Shown here piece after piece: positions 9,257-21,555 of a stretch of 64,000 nucleotides of DNA. The translations under genes and the position numbers were made by a program. Below the pieces are notes generated by a model, which worked only from the letters and a program-made list of their open reading frames with translations, was not told the origin of the DNA and ran no database searches. The stretch's first letter is position 1. Every line of letters begins with the position of its first letter. The stretch is from Macrostomum lignano. Its lineage: Eukaryota. The stretch lies in NCBI GenBank assembly GCA_002269645.1, contig NIVC01002273.1:19046-83045 (forward strand). The letters run 5' to 3'.

Positions 9257-10084
9257 TGTGACGTTGTCAGTTTAAGGTGGTCCCGAAAAGGGCCGTTGGA
9301 CTGCTGTTCTCCATAGTCATTCAACCCTTCAGTTTCACCGTTTCAACTAAACTTTTCCATTCGTTTATTGCGACGTTTACTTGTAGTAGTGCCCAACGAT
9401 TTTGTGGCAATTTCTAATTCACTGTATATTTTGCTATCCTCTCTCGCGACCGTATAAAATTGGCACGATCGATAATTTTAAGTTCTCTCGCCAGCCAATG
9501 AAATCACTCGTGCTCGCGCTACCCCCCTCTGCGCTCTTTTATTAAACCCCCCGCCTGGCGGCGGGCACCCCTCACGCTTTTTCGTCTCTCCCCGCCTGTC
9601 CCTTGTTTCCTTCCCTGCGGCCTCTTAGCTGTCTTATCTGTTTGTCTGGCTGCCTCGAGCCTCCTTATTTCTCACCACGGCCCTTCTGTCTGGGCCAGCC
9701 TGCTCACACACTTACTTGACTGTTTCACGCCACGACCGACGCCAACTCACCACTACGTTTCACTGCCTTCACTGTGCTCATAGCCACTGCTCACGTCACG
9801 TCGCCATTGTGTCATTCGCCTGCCACTTGACTTCATATCCAAATTATATTCAACCCATTGCTGCAGCCGCCAGTGCCCAGAAAGCTATAGTCTGTTTATT
9901 GCCAGTAACAACCAAACTTAATACTGATATTAACAATAAAGACAACTACGGCAGTTCCTGCCTTTATCGCCAAGTGCTCCGCTACAAAATCCGCTTTACA
10001 AGAATTGACTTCAACTTATTTTGGGACTAAAACGGCCCTTTTAAGGGTCACCGCATAGCTGGCCGCTACGCCAATAACGTGACA
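9257..10084 (+). repeat. 3' LTR (828 bp)
   Basis: TGTGACGTT...AACGTGACA termini form an 8/9 inverted match; duplicated at the window start. Confidence 0.93.
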
Positions 10085-10085
10085 C

Positions 10086-10655
10086 TGGGCAGTCACCATC
10101 TGCTGTTGGTGGGGCATGCTCCGAAAATCCAGCGTGCTGCCGACTTCGGGAAAAGGTCCGGCACGTGTGCGCTGCGCTGACATCTTTCGACACCCGCGAG
10201 GTCTGATCTTGCGCCTGGAGCAAGGGAAGACTCTCCAGTTCAAAGAGCGGGTGCACCAGGTGCTTCTACTCGTACCAAGGCTAGTGAGGCGGACGTCGCT
10301 GTGCCCGGTGTTAGCAATCGAGCAGCACGCAAGATTCAATAATCTGCAATCGGCTGATGCGCCTCTGTTCACTTATCGCGACGCCGGAGGCAACCAGCGG
10401 CTGCTGACGGGCAGGCAGCTCGATCGCTTCCTAGCGGACAAGCTAGGGGCTGCGGGCTTCAGGCGTGAGCACTTCTCAGCCCACAGCCTCCGCCGTGGCG
10501 GCGCGACCTGGGCCTCGGTGTTGGGTGTGCCGGTGCCCGACATCATGCGGATCGGTGACTGGAAGAGCGATTCAGTGCAGCGGTATCTACCGCAGTCGCA
10601 GCAGGGCTTGGCAGCTTCCGTCGTGTTTGCTAGAGGTGTGGGATCCCTCGTTTGA
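10086..10655 (+). pseudogene. Tyrosine recombinase, N-terminally truncated by the Gypsy insertion
   Basis: WAVTICCWWGMLRKSS (catalytic Arg region), HSLRRGGATW (H-x-x-R) and IGDWKSDSVQRYL (catalytic Tyr). The frame runs straight back to the LTR end. Confidence 0.88.
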
Positions 10656-10734
10656 CGTTGGCATCAGCTTTTCGATGTTCCGTTTCCTTCAATTTTTTTC
10701 TTTCGCGCGCTTTCCCGTTGTTGCTTCGGCTTTG

Positions 10735-10800
10735 GAGGCCTCGTTACTGCTTTCGCTTTCGCCAACATCGCGTATTCGTGTTTTGCTTTGGGGCACTAAG
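10735..10800 (+). repeat. Split direct repeat B1 (66 bp)
   Basis: Identical to 11049-11114 (GAGGCCTCGTTACTG...GGGGCACTAAG). Confidence 0.9.
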
Positions 10801-11048
10801 GCTGCGGTTTGCGCTAGGCTTGCCTTGAGCAAACCGGCTTTAGTGCCCAAGCGCGCTGCGTCTGTGGTGCGCCCCCCCCCGCCGCGTGTGTACGTTCTGT
10901 GTTGTTTAGGTGGGCCCCTCACCCCTCCGCCGGCGGGGGGGGGGGTATTTTACTCCAGCCGCGCTGCTGAGTTGGCAGTGTTTTCGCGCAGCTCTTTTTT
11001 TTCTTCTTCTTTTATCCTTATTCTTTTAATCAATAAAATATAAATAAA

Positions 11049-11114
11049 GAGGCCTCGTTACTGCTTTCGCTTTCGCCAACATCGCGTATTCGTGTTTTGC
11101 TTTGGGGCACTAAG
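11049..11114 (+). repeat. Split direct repeat B2 (66 bp), likely element 3' end
   Basis: Identical to 10735-10800; preceded by AATAAA-rich sequence. Confidence 0.9.
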
Positions 11115-11120
11115 TATCTA

Positions 11121-11651
11121 CATTGGCGGATCAACGGCGGTCAATAGGGTCAGCTGACCCCCCCCCCCACGATAGCAAAATTACGTATCCAATAGAGTTA
11201 GTTTCCAATGCGTCTTTTTTGGTAGTAGGAACCTCCCTAAGACGTATCTAATTCATTTATGGTCCCCTAAGAAGCTCGTTTCTACAAACATTGTGAAGAA
11301 TTAATAATGGAAACATTATAATAAACAAAACTAAAATTTAATAGAAACATTACTTATTCACCTTTTTCGTAGAAACGAGCTTCTTAGAGGGTCATAATTG
11401 AATTGGATACGTCTCAAGACTTTCCTACAACCAGAAATACGTATTGGAGACGTCCGATTTCCATAGGATACGTAATTTTGCTATCTACCCCCCAGAAAAT
11501 TGAGGGTGTCAGTCATGACCTCATGGAATTTTTTTTGCCCTGTCATAGTTATTGCTTAAAAGTATCTCAAGCTCGGAGCTTAAACTCACTGCGTATCCAA
11601 GTGGGGTCAAGGGGGTCGGTTGGTCCCCTGGAAAATCCTGGATCCGCCACT
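11121..11651. mobile_element. Palindromic MITE-like element
   Basis: TGGCGGATC (11124) and GATCCGCCA (11641) termini. Internal inverted pair GATAGCAAAATTACGTATCC (11171) / GGATACGTAATTTTGCTATC (11467), and AAGAAGCTCGTTTCTAC / GTAGAAACGAGCTTCTT. Confidence 0.55.
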
Positions 11652-12811
11652 ACTTACGAGTACCTATTGCATACAGTCGTGTAAAAACACCGCGTCGAAT
11701 AACAGATTTTTTATGCCAGCTAGATCTATAACGCTGAGATAACGCACGCAGCATCGGTCTTCTTGACCTTTACATGGTTTAGCGCAAATCTAAGATCTAC
11801 GAAAAAAATTGTGTGAAATTGCGCGCATCGAGAGGCAGAAGTTTATTTTGTAACTCGTAGGAAGCGCTACAAAACTTCAAAGCTTGCGTATTGACATGAC
11901 GTATTTTTAGCATTCGTAGATTTTTTAGCAGAATTTTTGGTTTTTTGCAGGCTATTGGACAACATTTTCAGTTACAGATTGGCATTTTGAAAGCTTCAGA
12001 AATTCGCCTCTGAAGTGCGGTGTTGTGTACATCCGCAGACCCATAATAGGCTACTTCTAGAAATATTTTCACCACCTTAAAATAGCCATCAGTCCGTCTG
12101 TTGTCTGCTTGCCTACCCATAGGTATCTGTCAATGTGTAGACTCATTAGACATATCCAGCAACATAAGAATTTACATCTAGTTACATGTATGTGACACCC
12201 ATCATGCAGAAATATCCTATTATTATAGTTAACTTAGCACAACTATTCCTACCCCAAGAACAAAATTGAACGATTAAAAGTGTTCTGTTGATATAGATTC
12301 ACAGCCTGCTCATGCAAATTTTCGGTCGGTTTTAAGCTAGATCTTATATATTTTCACGGTTAAATGGTAACACATGTATACACACAAGCTGTGACAACCG
12401 AATTGCATAATTAGGTAGCTCGATTGCATTTCACTGCTGTTAAGCTCCAGTCCTCATTCCAGGCAGCAGAAGCAGTGACTGAAACATTCGGCCGCTACAG
12501 CATGGTATGTATTGTAAATAAACAGTACACTTAGTGACTTTCACTTGACTACAAACTTCTCTGGAGATCAGCAAACACCAAAGGAGATGAGAGCTTTAAT
12601 TAATCTGGAATAATGTAGAATCGCGTTATACAAAATATAAATCAGAATAAAAATGTATATTGCAAACTCTATATAAAATGGAAAAGCCGACTAAGAAATA
12701 AAGCAGTCGTGATGTCAAAATATTCGGATTTAAATTACAAGGAAAATAGTCTACTATCAGTAATCTTTAAAGCATTCAACGATTTTCAAATCGCATCACA
12801 GTTCTTAAAAA

Positions 12812-13054
12812 TCACATTGACATGGGCTTGAAACTGACATCGCATTTTTTGCAATGCAGAGTCGGACTATCCGGCGAGATGCAGCAGCCGCCCAGTTTCA
12901 CTCGACCGGCCTCGGCGCTGGCCATCAGTTCCGAGCTGGGCCGGCCATAGACTATGGGCACGATCACCGAGCTATCGGCGTTCAACTGATGGCCACATTG
13001 TGGACACGCTTCATCGCTTTCTGCAGATTGCTGCTGCCGCTTTTGTTCGCTCAT
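12812..13054 (-). CDS. Small (80 aa) putative zinc-binding protein, CxxC...IVYGxP...LGGCC...CxxC family, copy 1
   Basis: ATG at 13054; CPQC...VPIVYGRP...GRVKLGGCCISPDSPTLHCKKC. Clear protein-level paralog of 14703-14912. Confidence 0.75.
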   Translation of the reverse strand: MSEQKRQQQSAESDEACPQCGHQLNADSSVIVPIVYGRPSSELMASAEAGRVKLGGCCISPDSPTLHCKKCDVSFKPMSM

Positions 13055-13128
13055 TCGTACTTGTGAACTCCCATGCAATTGGTCCAGGACGGCAATAATA
13101 AACTAATGTACATGAAGACACTTATAAA

Positions 13129-14165
13129 CAGCGGGTCTCAAGGGCTGTTTGGGAGCGGGTCTCAACGGCTGTTTGGGAGCGGGTCTCAATGGCTGTTTGG
13201 GAGCGGGTCTCAACGGCTGTTTGGGAGCGGGTCTCAACGGCTGTTTGGGAGCGGGTCTCAATGGCTGTTTGGGAGCGGGTCTCAAGGGCTGTTTGGGAGC
13301 GAGTCTCAACGGCTGTTTGGGAGCGAGTCTCAACGGCTGTTTGGGAGCGGGTCTCAAGGGTTGTTTGGGAGCGAGTCTCAACGGCTGTTTGGGAGCGGGT
13401 CTCAACGGCTGTTTGGGAGCGGGTCTCAACGGCTGTTTGGGAGCGGGTCTCAACGGCTGTTTGGGAGCGGGTCTCAATGGCTGTTTGGGAGCGGGTCTCA
13501 AGGGCTGTTTGGGAGCGAGTCTCAACGGCTGTTTGGGAGCGAGTCTCAACGGCTGTTTGGGAGCGGGTCTCAAGGGTTGTTTGGGAGCGAGTCTCAACGG
13601 CTGTTTGGGAGCGGGTCTCAACGGCTGTTTGGGAGCGGGTCTCAACGGCTGTTTGGGAGCGGGTCTCAACGGCTGTTTGGGAGCGGGTCTCAACGGCTGT
13701 TTGGGAGCGGGTCTCAAGGGTTGTTTGGGAGCGAGTCTCAACGGCTGTTTGGGAGCGGGTCTCAACGGCTGTTTGGGAGCGGGTCTCAACGGCTGTTTGG
13801 GAGCGGGTCTCAACGGCTGTTTGGGAGCGGGTCTCAAGGCCTGTTTGGGAGCGAGTCTCAACGGCTGTTTGGGAGCGGGTCTCAAGGGTTGTTTGGGAGC
13901 GAGTCTCAACGGCTGTTTGGGAGCGGGTCTCAAGGGTTGTTTGGGAGCGAGTCTCAACGGCTGTTTGGGAGCGGGTCTCAAGGGTTGTTTGGGAGCGAGT
14001 CTCAACGGCTGTTTGGGAGCGGGTCTCAAGGGTTGTTTGGGAGCGAGTCTCAACGGCTGTTTGGGAGCGGGTCTCAACGGCTGTTTGGGAGCGGGTCTCA
14101 AGGGTTGTTTGGGAGTGGGTCTCAGGGCTGTTTGGGAGCGATAAAAAGGCCGGGCTGTTTGGGAG
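13129..14165. repeat. 24-bp minisatellite (about 42 copies)
   Basis: Unit GAGCGGGTCTCAACGGCTGTTTGG with variants. Confidence 0.97.
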
Positions 14166-14702
14166 ACAAGTTTAGACCGTATATGAATGTTTTAAAGCGA
14201 TTCCTAAAGAGTTATTTAACGTTTTCAGAGAGCTCAGAAAAAGGATATCAAGTTAATTTGAAACGCGTGAGAGAATAAACTCTTTATCAAATCCAATTTT
14301 AATATCAAAATAGACTTATTTGAAGTATCACAGATTTATAATTAAACACAAAGCAAAAAATGTTAAAAAGAAGCACAAAGGCAAAAACGAATATTAAAAA
14401 AAATCATGTACAGGTAGATACGCTTATGTCCAATAAAAATTCAAAAGTACACGAATATCCTAAAAGTTTGAGAGCTTTGGTTTTTGTATATCCTCAATGA
14501 AAAGAGTTAAATTTTAAAAAACATATAAGTTACTAAGAGTAGCGTAAAATGTTTCAAAGAATTATGCTCCTAATTCCACGGAAAAACGAAATTGTTCCAT
14601 AAATTCATTCTCTTACTGGCTGTGATGCTTGATCGATATTGGAGTCAAACAGTATAAAAATTGAACTGTACTTCGGCATGAGTGGATTTTTTCCCCAAAA
14701 TG

Positions 14703-14912
14703 TTACGGACGAAAATCGAATTTGCACGCTTCGCAGTGCTTGGTTGGACAATTGGGCGATACGCAACAGCCGCCCAGTTTCACAGCGCCAGACTTGGCCT
14801 TCTCCATCAGTTGGTGGTTTGGTTTGCCATAGACTATGGACACCACGTGTTCTGAGCTGTTGCAGTTGGGACAGGAGGAACTCTTCTGCTTGTCTGGCTG
14901 CTTCTGATCCAT
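14703..14912 (-). CDS. Small (69 aa) putative zinc-binding protein, copy 2
   Basis: ATG at 14912; CPNC...VSIVYGKP...GAVKLGGCCVSPNCPTKHCEAC. Confidence 0.75.
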   Translation of the reverse strand: MDQKQPDKQKSSSCPNCNSSEHVVSIVYGKPNHQLMEKAKSGAVKLGGCCVSPNCPTKHCEACKFDFRP

Positions 14913-15182
14913 GATGATGCTATGAACCAGAGCTGGGGCTGCAACTGTTGGATTAACCCGAACCAATTGCATTGACGACTGACAACATGATGCTATTTTT
15001 AGAATTACGTCAGTTTCTATATTTAAATCGGAAGTTAAATTCCCTTAGTTTGGAAATGGAAATCAGATTTCCTGATTAAAATGCATGCACAGTATAACAG
15101 ATTTCCACTTTACTATATTAAGTTTACATATAAGTTTATACTTGCTAATGAATTCAAATAGTTATTTATAGTTTGTTACGGA

Positions 15183-15431
15183 TTAAAAAAACAAAAGGCA
15201 AAGGCGACCATAAAATTTAGCGATGAATGGACAGATTTCCGTAGACTTTATTAGAGCGAATAAATATATTGCCGCTGCATAGAAAACTTCATTTGAAACA
15301 AGAAGAAAGGTTTTTCTCACACTTCTATCATAGGGGAAGCTGCTAAATAAATTATCTGAATTAATGAGCAATTCAATAACATTTTCAGAAACTGATATAC
15401 ATGTGTCATCTGTATAATACGAATACTGCAA
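15183..15431 (-). pseudogene. Possible decayed non-LTR reverse transcriptase fragment
   Basis: YYTDDTCISVS...LLINSD resembles the Y/FADDT region of LINE RTs. The region is AT-rich and no other RT motifs were seen. Confidence 0.25.
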
Positions 15432-15602
15432 AATTAAAAATCGATATAAAATATGATAATTAGCAGAGCTAAAGCACTAGAGCAGAAAAACCGTTAGCAA
15501 TTGGAAAAAGTTATGGCAAAATTCATGGAAATTCCATGGAAAATCCTGAAAACTTGACAAACAATGGTCAAGAAAGTTCAATTTTTCAACCCCGGAAAAA
15601 GT

Positions 15603-18600
15603 TCAAGCCTCCTCGGTGACGCCCATCACGTGCCGATTAAACCACAGCACGATGTCGACAAACACGCTGCTCTGAACTGGGACGCTGCTCATCGGATGGC
15701 AATCGTCAGGACACACCAGCAGCCTAGTTGGCACATTCCTCGCTCGCAGAGCCCGGTACAGCTCCCGACCCTGCTGCGGCGGCACCCGGAGATCCTTGAG
15801 TCCCACAGCGACCAGCGTCGGCGTGTTGACTTTGGACGCGTGCGACAGCGGAGACTTGGACCACAGCAGGGCCAGGGTCTCCGCGTCCAGCAGGCGGTCG
15901 TGGCTGAATGGCAGGCCGCTCTGCTCGTAAACCCAGTCGGGAATGTCGCTTCCGCCGACCATGGTGGCCAGGTTGATCACCGGGTTGCGCAGCACGGCGG
16001 CTTTGAACATGCCGGGCCGCTGGCCAATCAGGTGGCCCCCGAGAAAGCCGCCGTGCGAGCCGCCAAACGCGGCGAGTTTCTCACCATCAAGACGAGGCAG
16101 CGCGGAGTTATCAGCGGACGAAGCCGACTCGGCCAGCGTCTCCTCCACTGCCTGAATGCAGTCGGACACGTCGCGCTCGCCAATGCCGCCGAGCAGGGAG
16201 TCGACGGTCGATTTGCCGAATCCGAGCGAGCCGCGGTAGTTGATCACCAGGACAGCGTAGCCGCACCTGGTTGAGGTAAGTATGCAGACTTGGGGAAACT
16301 CGCTCACCCGCTACCCACCTCACTTCCCGCCCGACACTCACCTCACTCCCTGCCCCGACACCCACCTCACTGCCTGCCCCGACACCCACCTCATTCCCTG
16401 CCCCGACACCCACCTCACTGCCTGCCCCGACACCCACCTCATTCCCTGCCCCGACACCCACCTAACTCCCTGCCCCGACACCCACCTAACTCCATGCCCC
16501 GACACCCACCTCACTCCCTGCCCAGACACCCACCTCACTCCCTGCCCCGACACCCACCTCACTGCCTGCCCCGACACCCACCTCACTGCCTGCCCCGACA
16601 CCCACCTCACTGCCTGGCCCAACACCTAGCTCACTGCCTGCCCCGACACCCACTCACTCCTTGCCCAGACACCCACCTCACTCCCTGCCCAGACACCCAC
16701 CTCACTCCCTGCCCCGACACCCACCTAACTCCCTGCCCCGACACCCACCTCACTACCTGCCCCGACACCCACCTCACTGCCTGCCCCGACACCCACTCAC
16801 TCCTTGCCCAGACACCCACCTCACTCCCTGCCCCGACACCCACCTAACTCCCTGCCCCGACACCCACCTCACTACCTGCCCCGACACCCACCTCACTCCC
16901 TGCCCCGACACCCACCTCACTGCCTGGCCCGACACCCACCTCACTGCCTGCCCCGACACCCACCTCACTCCCAGCTAACACAAAACAAATCTATAGTGCA
17001 CCTGGCTAGTCCGCAGACGTAGCGCATATAAGTAGCGGTAAACGATGTGTTAGGTCCGCCGTGCGGAAACGCGATCAACGGAAGCGGCAGCTCAGTGATT
17101 GCTGCTGGCTTCTCTTCGTCTCCCTTTTTGCTATCCTTCTTCTTAGACGAGTCAACTGGCCACACTAGAATCGATTCGAACAATTGATTCCCGAATTCGG
17201 GATGGGCCAATTTCGCCGTGTGCTGCTTCACCCGCCAGGCGATGTCGTTCAGCTTGAAGCAATCGGTCAGACAGGTCCACTTAATGTTTGAAGTCAGCGG
17301 CTTGCTTGCGTCAATGAATCCAGCAGCGATAAATGGCGGCACGTCTGGCGCGCTGGCCTCAACAACCAGCCAGTCGCGATGAAAGTCCAAGACTTTAGCG
17401 CTGCTCGCATCTGGCGGTAGCGGCAGCAGCTCGCCGATCTTGGTCCTGACGTCAATCGCCAGCAGGCAATCTTTGCTCCGATTGATGCTGCTAAGAACGA
17501 CGGTGCGACAGTTGGAGGACCAGCAGCGAGACGGCAGGCTGTCGGCGTAAATTCCTGGAAAGCCTGCGCTGCCAGCCTGCGTAGGGAGGAATGGCACTGA
17601 TTACAGCTGAGACTGAGGCACTGATTACAGCTGAGACTGAGGAACTGATTACAGATGAGACTGGGGCACTGATTACAGCTGAGACTGAGGCACTGATTAC
17701 AGCTGAGACTGAGGCACTGATTACAGCTGAGACTGGTGCACTGATTACAGCCTGAGACTGGGGCACTGATTACAGCCTGAGACTGAGGCACTGATTACAG
17801 CTGAGACTGAGGCACTGATTACAGCTGAGACTGAGGCACTGATTACAGCTGAGACTGAGGCACTGATTACAGCTGAGACTGAGGCACTGATTACAGCTGA
17901 GACTGAGGCACTGATTACAGCTGAGACTGAGGCACTGATTACAGCCTGAGACTGGGGCTCTGATTACAGCTGAGACTGAGGCACTGATTACAGCTGAGAC
18001 TGAGGCACTGATTACAGCTGAGACTGAGGCACTGATTACAGCCTGAGACTGGGGCTCTGATTACAGCTGAGACTGAGGCACTGATTACAGCTGAGACTGA
18101 GGCACTGATTACAGCCTGAGACTGGGGCTCTGATTACAGCTGAGACTGAGGCACTGATTACAGCCTGAGACTGGGGCTCTGATTACAGCCGGAGACTGAG
18201 GCACTGATTACAGCTGAGACTGAGGCACTGATTACAGCTGAGACTGAGGCACTGATTACAGCCTGAGACTGGGGCTCTGATTACAGCTGAGACTGAGGCA
18301 CTGATTACAGCTGAGACTGAGGCACTGATTACAGCCTGAGACTGGGGCTCTGATTACAGCTGAGACTGGTGCACTGATTACAGCCTGAGACTGGGGCTCT
18401 GATTACAGCCGGAGACTGGGGGTCTGATTACAACCCTAACACCCACCCCGCGATTACGCACATGATTAACAAAATCGATAATGAACCGTATATCCTTCGT
18501 GGCCCAATCGCACCAGATGAGCCTTCTGCACTGTTTATGCGGACCTGATGGCTCATTCTGCAGCCACACCAGCTGGGTCTGGCACGGGCTGAACCTGGGC

Positions 18601-20299
18601 GATGACACGGCTCGAGTATCGTGACCAATCACCGCGCACTCTCCGCTGCGAAAGTCCAGATAGTAAATAGCAGACGGCCTCTGATTGCAGTAGATTACAC
18701 CCAGCTGATAGGGCAGCTCCTTGTAGCCAACAAAGACTACGCCAGCATCGTCAGGAGCCCAGCAAGGTTCCGTTGGCAGCACGCCGTTGGGTATGCCATC
18801 GTCAAGCACGGTGACGACCTCGGAGTCAACATCGAGAGTGCACAGTACTGGTCGCTTGTACTCGGATAGTTGCTCGCCAAAGTGTTCCACGCTATCATAC
18901 TGCTTGCCAACTGATTTGGCCTCGCCAGATCTGTGAAAAAAATAGATAGACAAAAACGCTTTACCTAAATATTTTACAAGCTCAAATTCAGGACTTTAGG
19001 AGATTGTGGTGTCTCAGCAGACTAACACAGGAAACACGAGTACGTGGCAGGTAAGATTTTTTGCCGGAAAAAAGTGCGAGCTCCACTTAGGGCAACCCGC
19101 GCTTATATTTGATATTTAACAGTAAATTGTTACACGATCGAATCCGCCAAAATGTCACGTGATTAAAAATACGTTTCACAATACAATATACGAATAATTT
19201 ATTAACTGCACTACTTAAAGTAGAGTAGTAAGAAAAAGTAAGAAAAGGTTAGTTAGACGAACGGCCCTTTTACGGGCTCCTAGTCACGACACAACAGAAA
19301 TGTAGTTAATATAGTTAATAATAATATTTAATTGATTACACCTGCCCAAATTGGGCCAGATGTGCAACCGACAGCTCAGCCGCAGCTATTGCGCGGCGCA
19401 TCTGAAGGCTGCGTACGGCTGTTCAGTCCACGGACTGATAGAGGGGGGGGGTCGCCACACACCCTCAATTACCCCAGCTAATGCTGGCACCCAGCAGAGC
19501 AAGTTCCAGGTTCGATTCCAAATTTATATTTATCTGGCTCTCGTGCACAAAAATTCATTTGGGGCTTCCGCAATTCTCGCCACCAAGGGTCAACCCGGGC
19601 CATTAGGCACCCAGTGTACACTGTCTGTGCCTAACGAACAGAAACTGAGCGTGTGCCTGATTACTCATCCGTGCAAGTGTTCAGTGGTCAGTTAAAGGTG
19701 CATGATGACTGCTTTAATCGCTACAGAATGTAAAAAACAACAACTTACTTTCCGGCGCTCTCTCCGCTAAACGCATCAGCGGCAAAGTAAGACACATTCT
19801 TTGGCTGTTTCTTTTCGGCAACGTACAGCAGATGTCCCTCATTGTAGGACCACTGGCACGCGCCCAGCTCGGGACCGTACACCGCCCCGTGCTTGGCTTT
19901 CTCGCTCAGATCGATGCTCTTAATAAAACGGGACTCATTGTAGACGTGGACTACGAATTTATCGGCATTGTCACTGCCGGACCCTTCAGCTTTGAGCTTG
20001 AGCAGCACGGCCCGATGGTCGCCCCCGCTGCAGTAGACATCCCACAGGGTGGTCGGATCCCGCAGTACAGGATCCGAGTCAACCAGATCTCCAGTTGGCA
20101 GTACAACGGCAGTTTTCACCAGCGTGCGATTCTTTTGACTAGCCAAATCTTGCACCTGATAGGCGCACCGAGTTCTGATGGCGTCGCTGAACGGATACTG
20201 AGGCAACAGCTGGGCAGACTGCGGCATTGGATAGGCGGCCAGGTCAGAATAGACCTGAGCCACCTCCTTGGCTGACTTCACAAATGATGGCTTCATCAT
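15603..20299 (-). CDS. APEH: Acylamino-acid-releasing enzyme (acylpeptide hydrolase, S9C), 4 exons, 752 aa
   Basis: Exons 20299-19749, 18930-18462, 17576-17002 and 16266-15603 with GT-AG junctions in compatible phases (2259 nt). Motifs: HGGP, VINYRGS, GGSHGG (Ser), DLRVP (Asp), DDCH (His); N-terminal HLLYVAEKK. Confidence 0.92.
16325..16970. repeat. 24-bp minisatellite in APEH intron 3
   Basis: Unit CCCCGACACCCACCTCACTCCCTG. Confidence 0.95.
17593..18430. repeat. 24/25-bp minisatellite in APEH intron 2
   Basis: Unit GCACTGATTACAGCTGAGACTGAG; fills almost the whole intron. Confidence 0.95.
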
Positions 20300-20449
20300 T
20301 AAGCTGAGTGATTGCGAACCTGCGACTTCTGCTTTTTGCGAGGCGAATAGAAGGGAAGAAAATCAGAAAAATTATAATATAGTTGTTTTGCTAGTTGAGA
20401 CGATATAAACGGTAGGAAATAGAGGAAAAACGCCTCTAAGAAGCAGGTT

Positions 20450-21555
20450 CTAACTAGATCCACTGATGGGGAGGGGATTATAACTAGATCCACTGATAAG
20501 GAGGGGATTATAACTAGATCCACTGATGGGGAGGGGATTATAACTAGATCCACTGATAAGGAGGGGATTATAACTAGATCCACTGATAAGGAGGGGATTA
20601 TAACTAAATCCACTGAAAAGGGGATTATAACTAAATCCACTAATAAGGGGATTATAACTAAATCCACTGATAAGGGGATTATAACTAAATCCACTGATAA
20701 GGGGATTATAACTAAATCCACTGATAAGGGGATTATAACTAAATCCAGTAATAAGGGGATTATAACTAAATCCAGTAATAAGGGGATTATAACTAAATCC
20801 ACTGATGGGGAGGGGATTATAACTAAATCCACTGATGGGGAGGGGATTATAACTAAATCCACTGATAAGGGGATTATAACTAAATCCACTGATAAGGGGA
20901 TTATAACTAAATCCACTGATAAGGGGATTATAACTAAATCCAGTAATAAGGGGATTATAACTAAATTCACTGATGAGAGGATTATAACTAAATCCACTGA
21001 TAAGGGGATTATAACTAAATCCACTGATGGGGAGGGGATTATAACTAAATCCACTGATGAGGGGATTATAACTAAATCCACTGATGAGGGGATTATAACT
21101 AAATCCACTGATGAGGGGATTATAACTAAATTCACTGATGAGGGGATTATAACTAAATCCACTGATGAGGGGATTATAACTAAATTCACTGATGAGAGGA
21201 TTATAACTAAATACACTGATGAGATGGGGACTATAACTAAATCCACTGATAAGGGGACTATAACTAAATCCACTGATGAGGGGATTATAACTAAATCCAC
21301 TGATGAGGGGATTATAACTAAATCCACTGATGAGGGGATTATAACTAAATCCACTGATGAGGGGATTATAACTAAATCCACTGATGAGGGGATTATAACT
21401 AAATCCACTGATGAGGGGATTATAACTAAATCCACTGATGAGGGGATTATAACTAAATCCACTGATGAGGGGATTATAACTAAATCCACTGATGAGGGGA
21501 TTATAACTAAATCCACTGATGGGGAGGGGATTATAACTAAATCCACTGATAAGGG
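20450..21555. repeat. 27/30-bp minisatellite upstream of APEH
   Basis: Unit ATAACTAAATCCACTGATGAGGGGATT. Confidence 0.95.

Larger units (their letters stand above)
1..10084 (+). mobile_element. Ty3/Gypsy LTR retrotransposon, full length except about 296 bp of the 5' LTR outside the window
   Basis: 1-532 matches 9553-10084 at a constant offset of 9552. PBS follows the 5' LTR and a PPT precedes the 3' LTR. The ORF has domain order PR-RT-RH-IN. Confidence 0.97.
10085..11114 (+). mobile_element. 3' part of a DIRS-order (Ngaro/PAT-type) tyrosine-recombinase retrotransposon
   Basis: YR coding remnant followed by a B1-A2-B2 arrangement of split direct repeats. Confidence 0.8.

Noticed and set aside
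13073-14278. Long repetitive ORFs over minisatellites (also 16282-17022, 20299-21693, 35639-37069, 42011-45184, 51504-58547)
   Set aside because: Open in several frames and strands because the repeat units lack stops; no non-repeat coding context.
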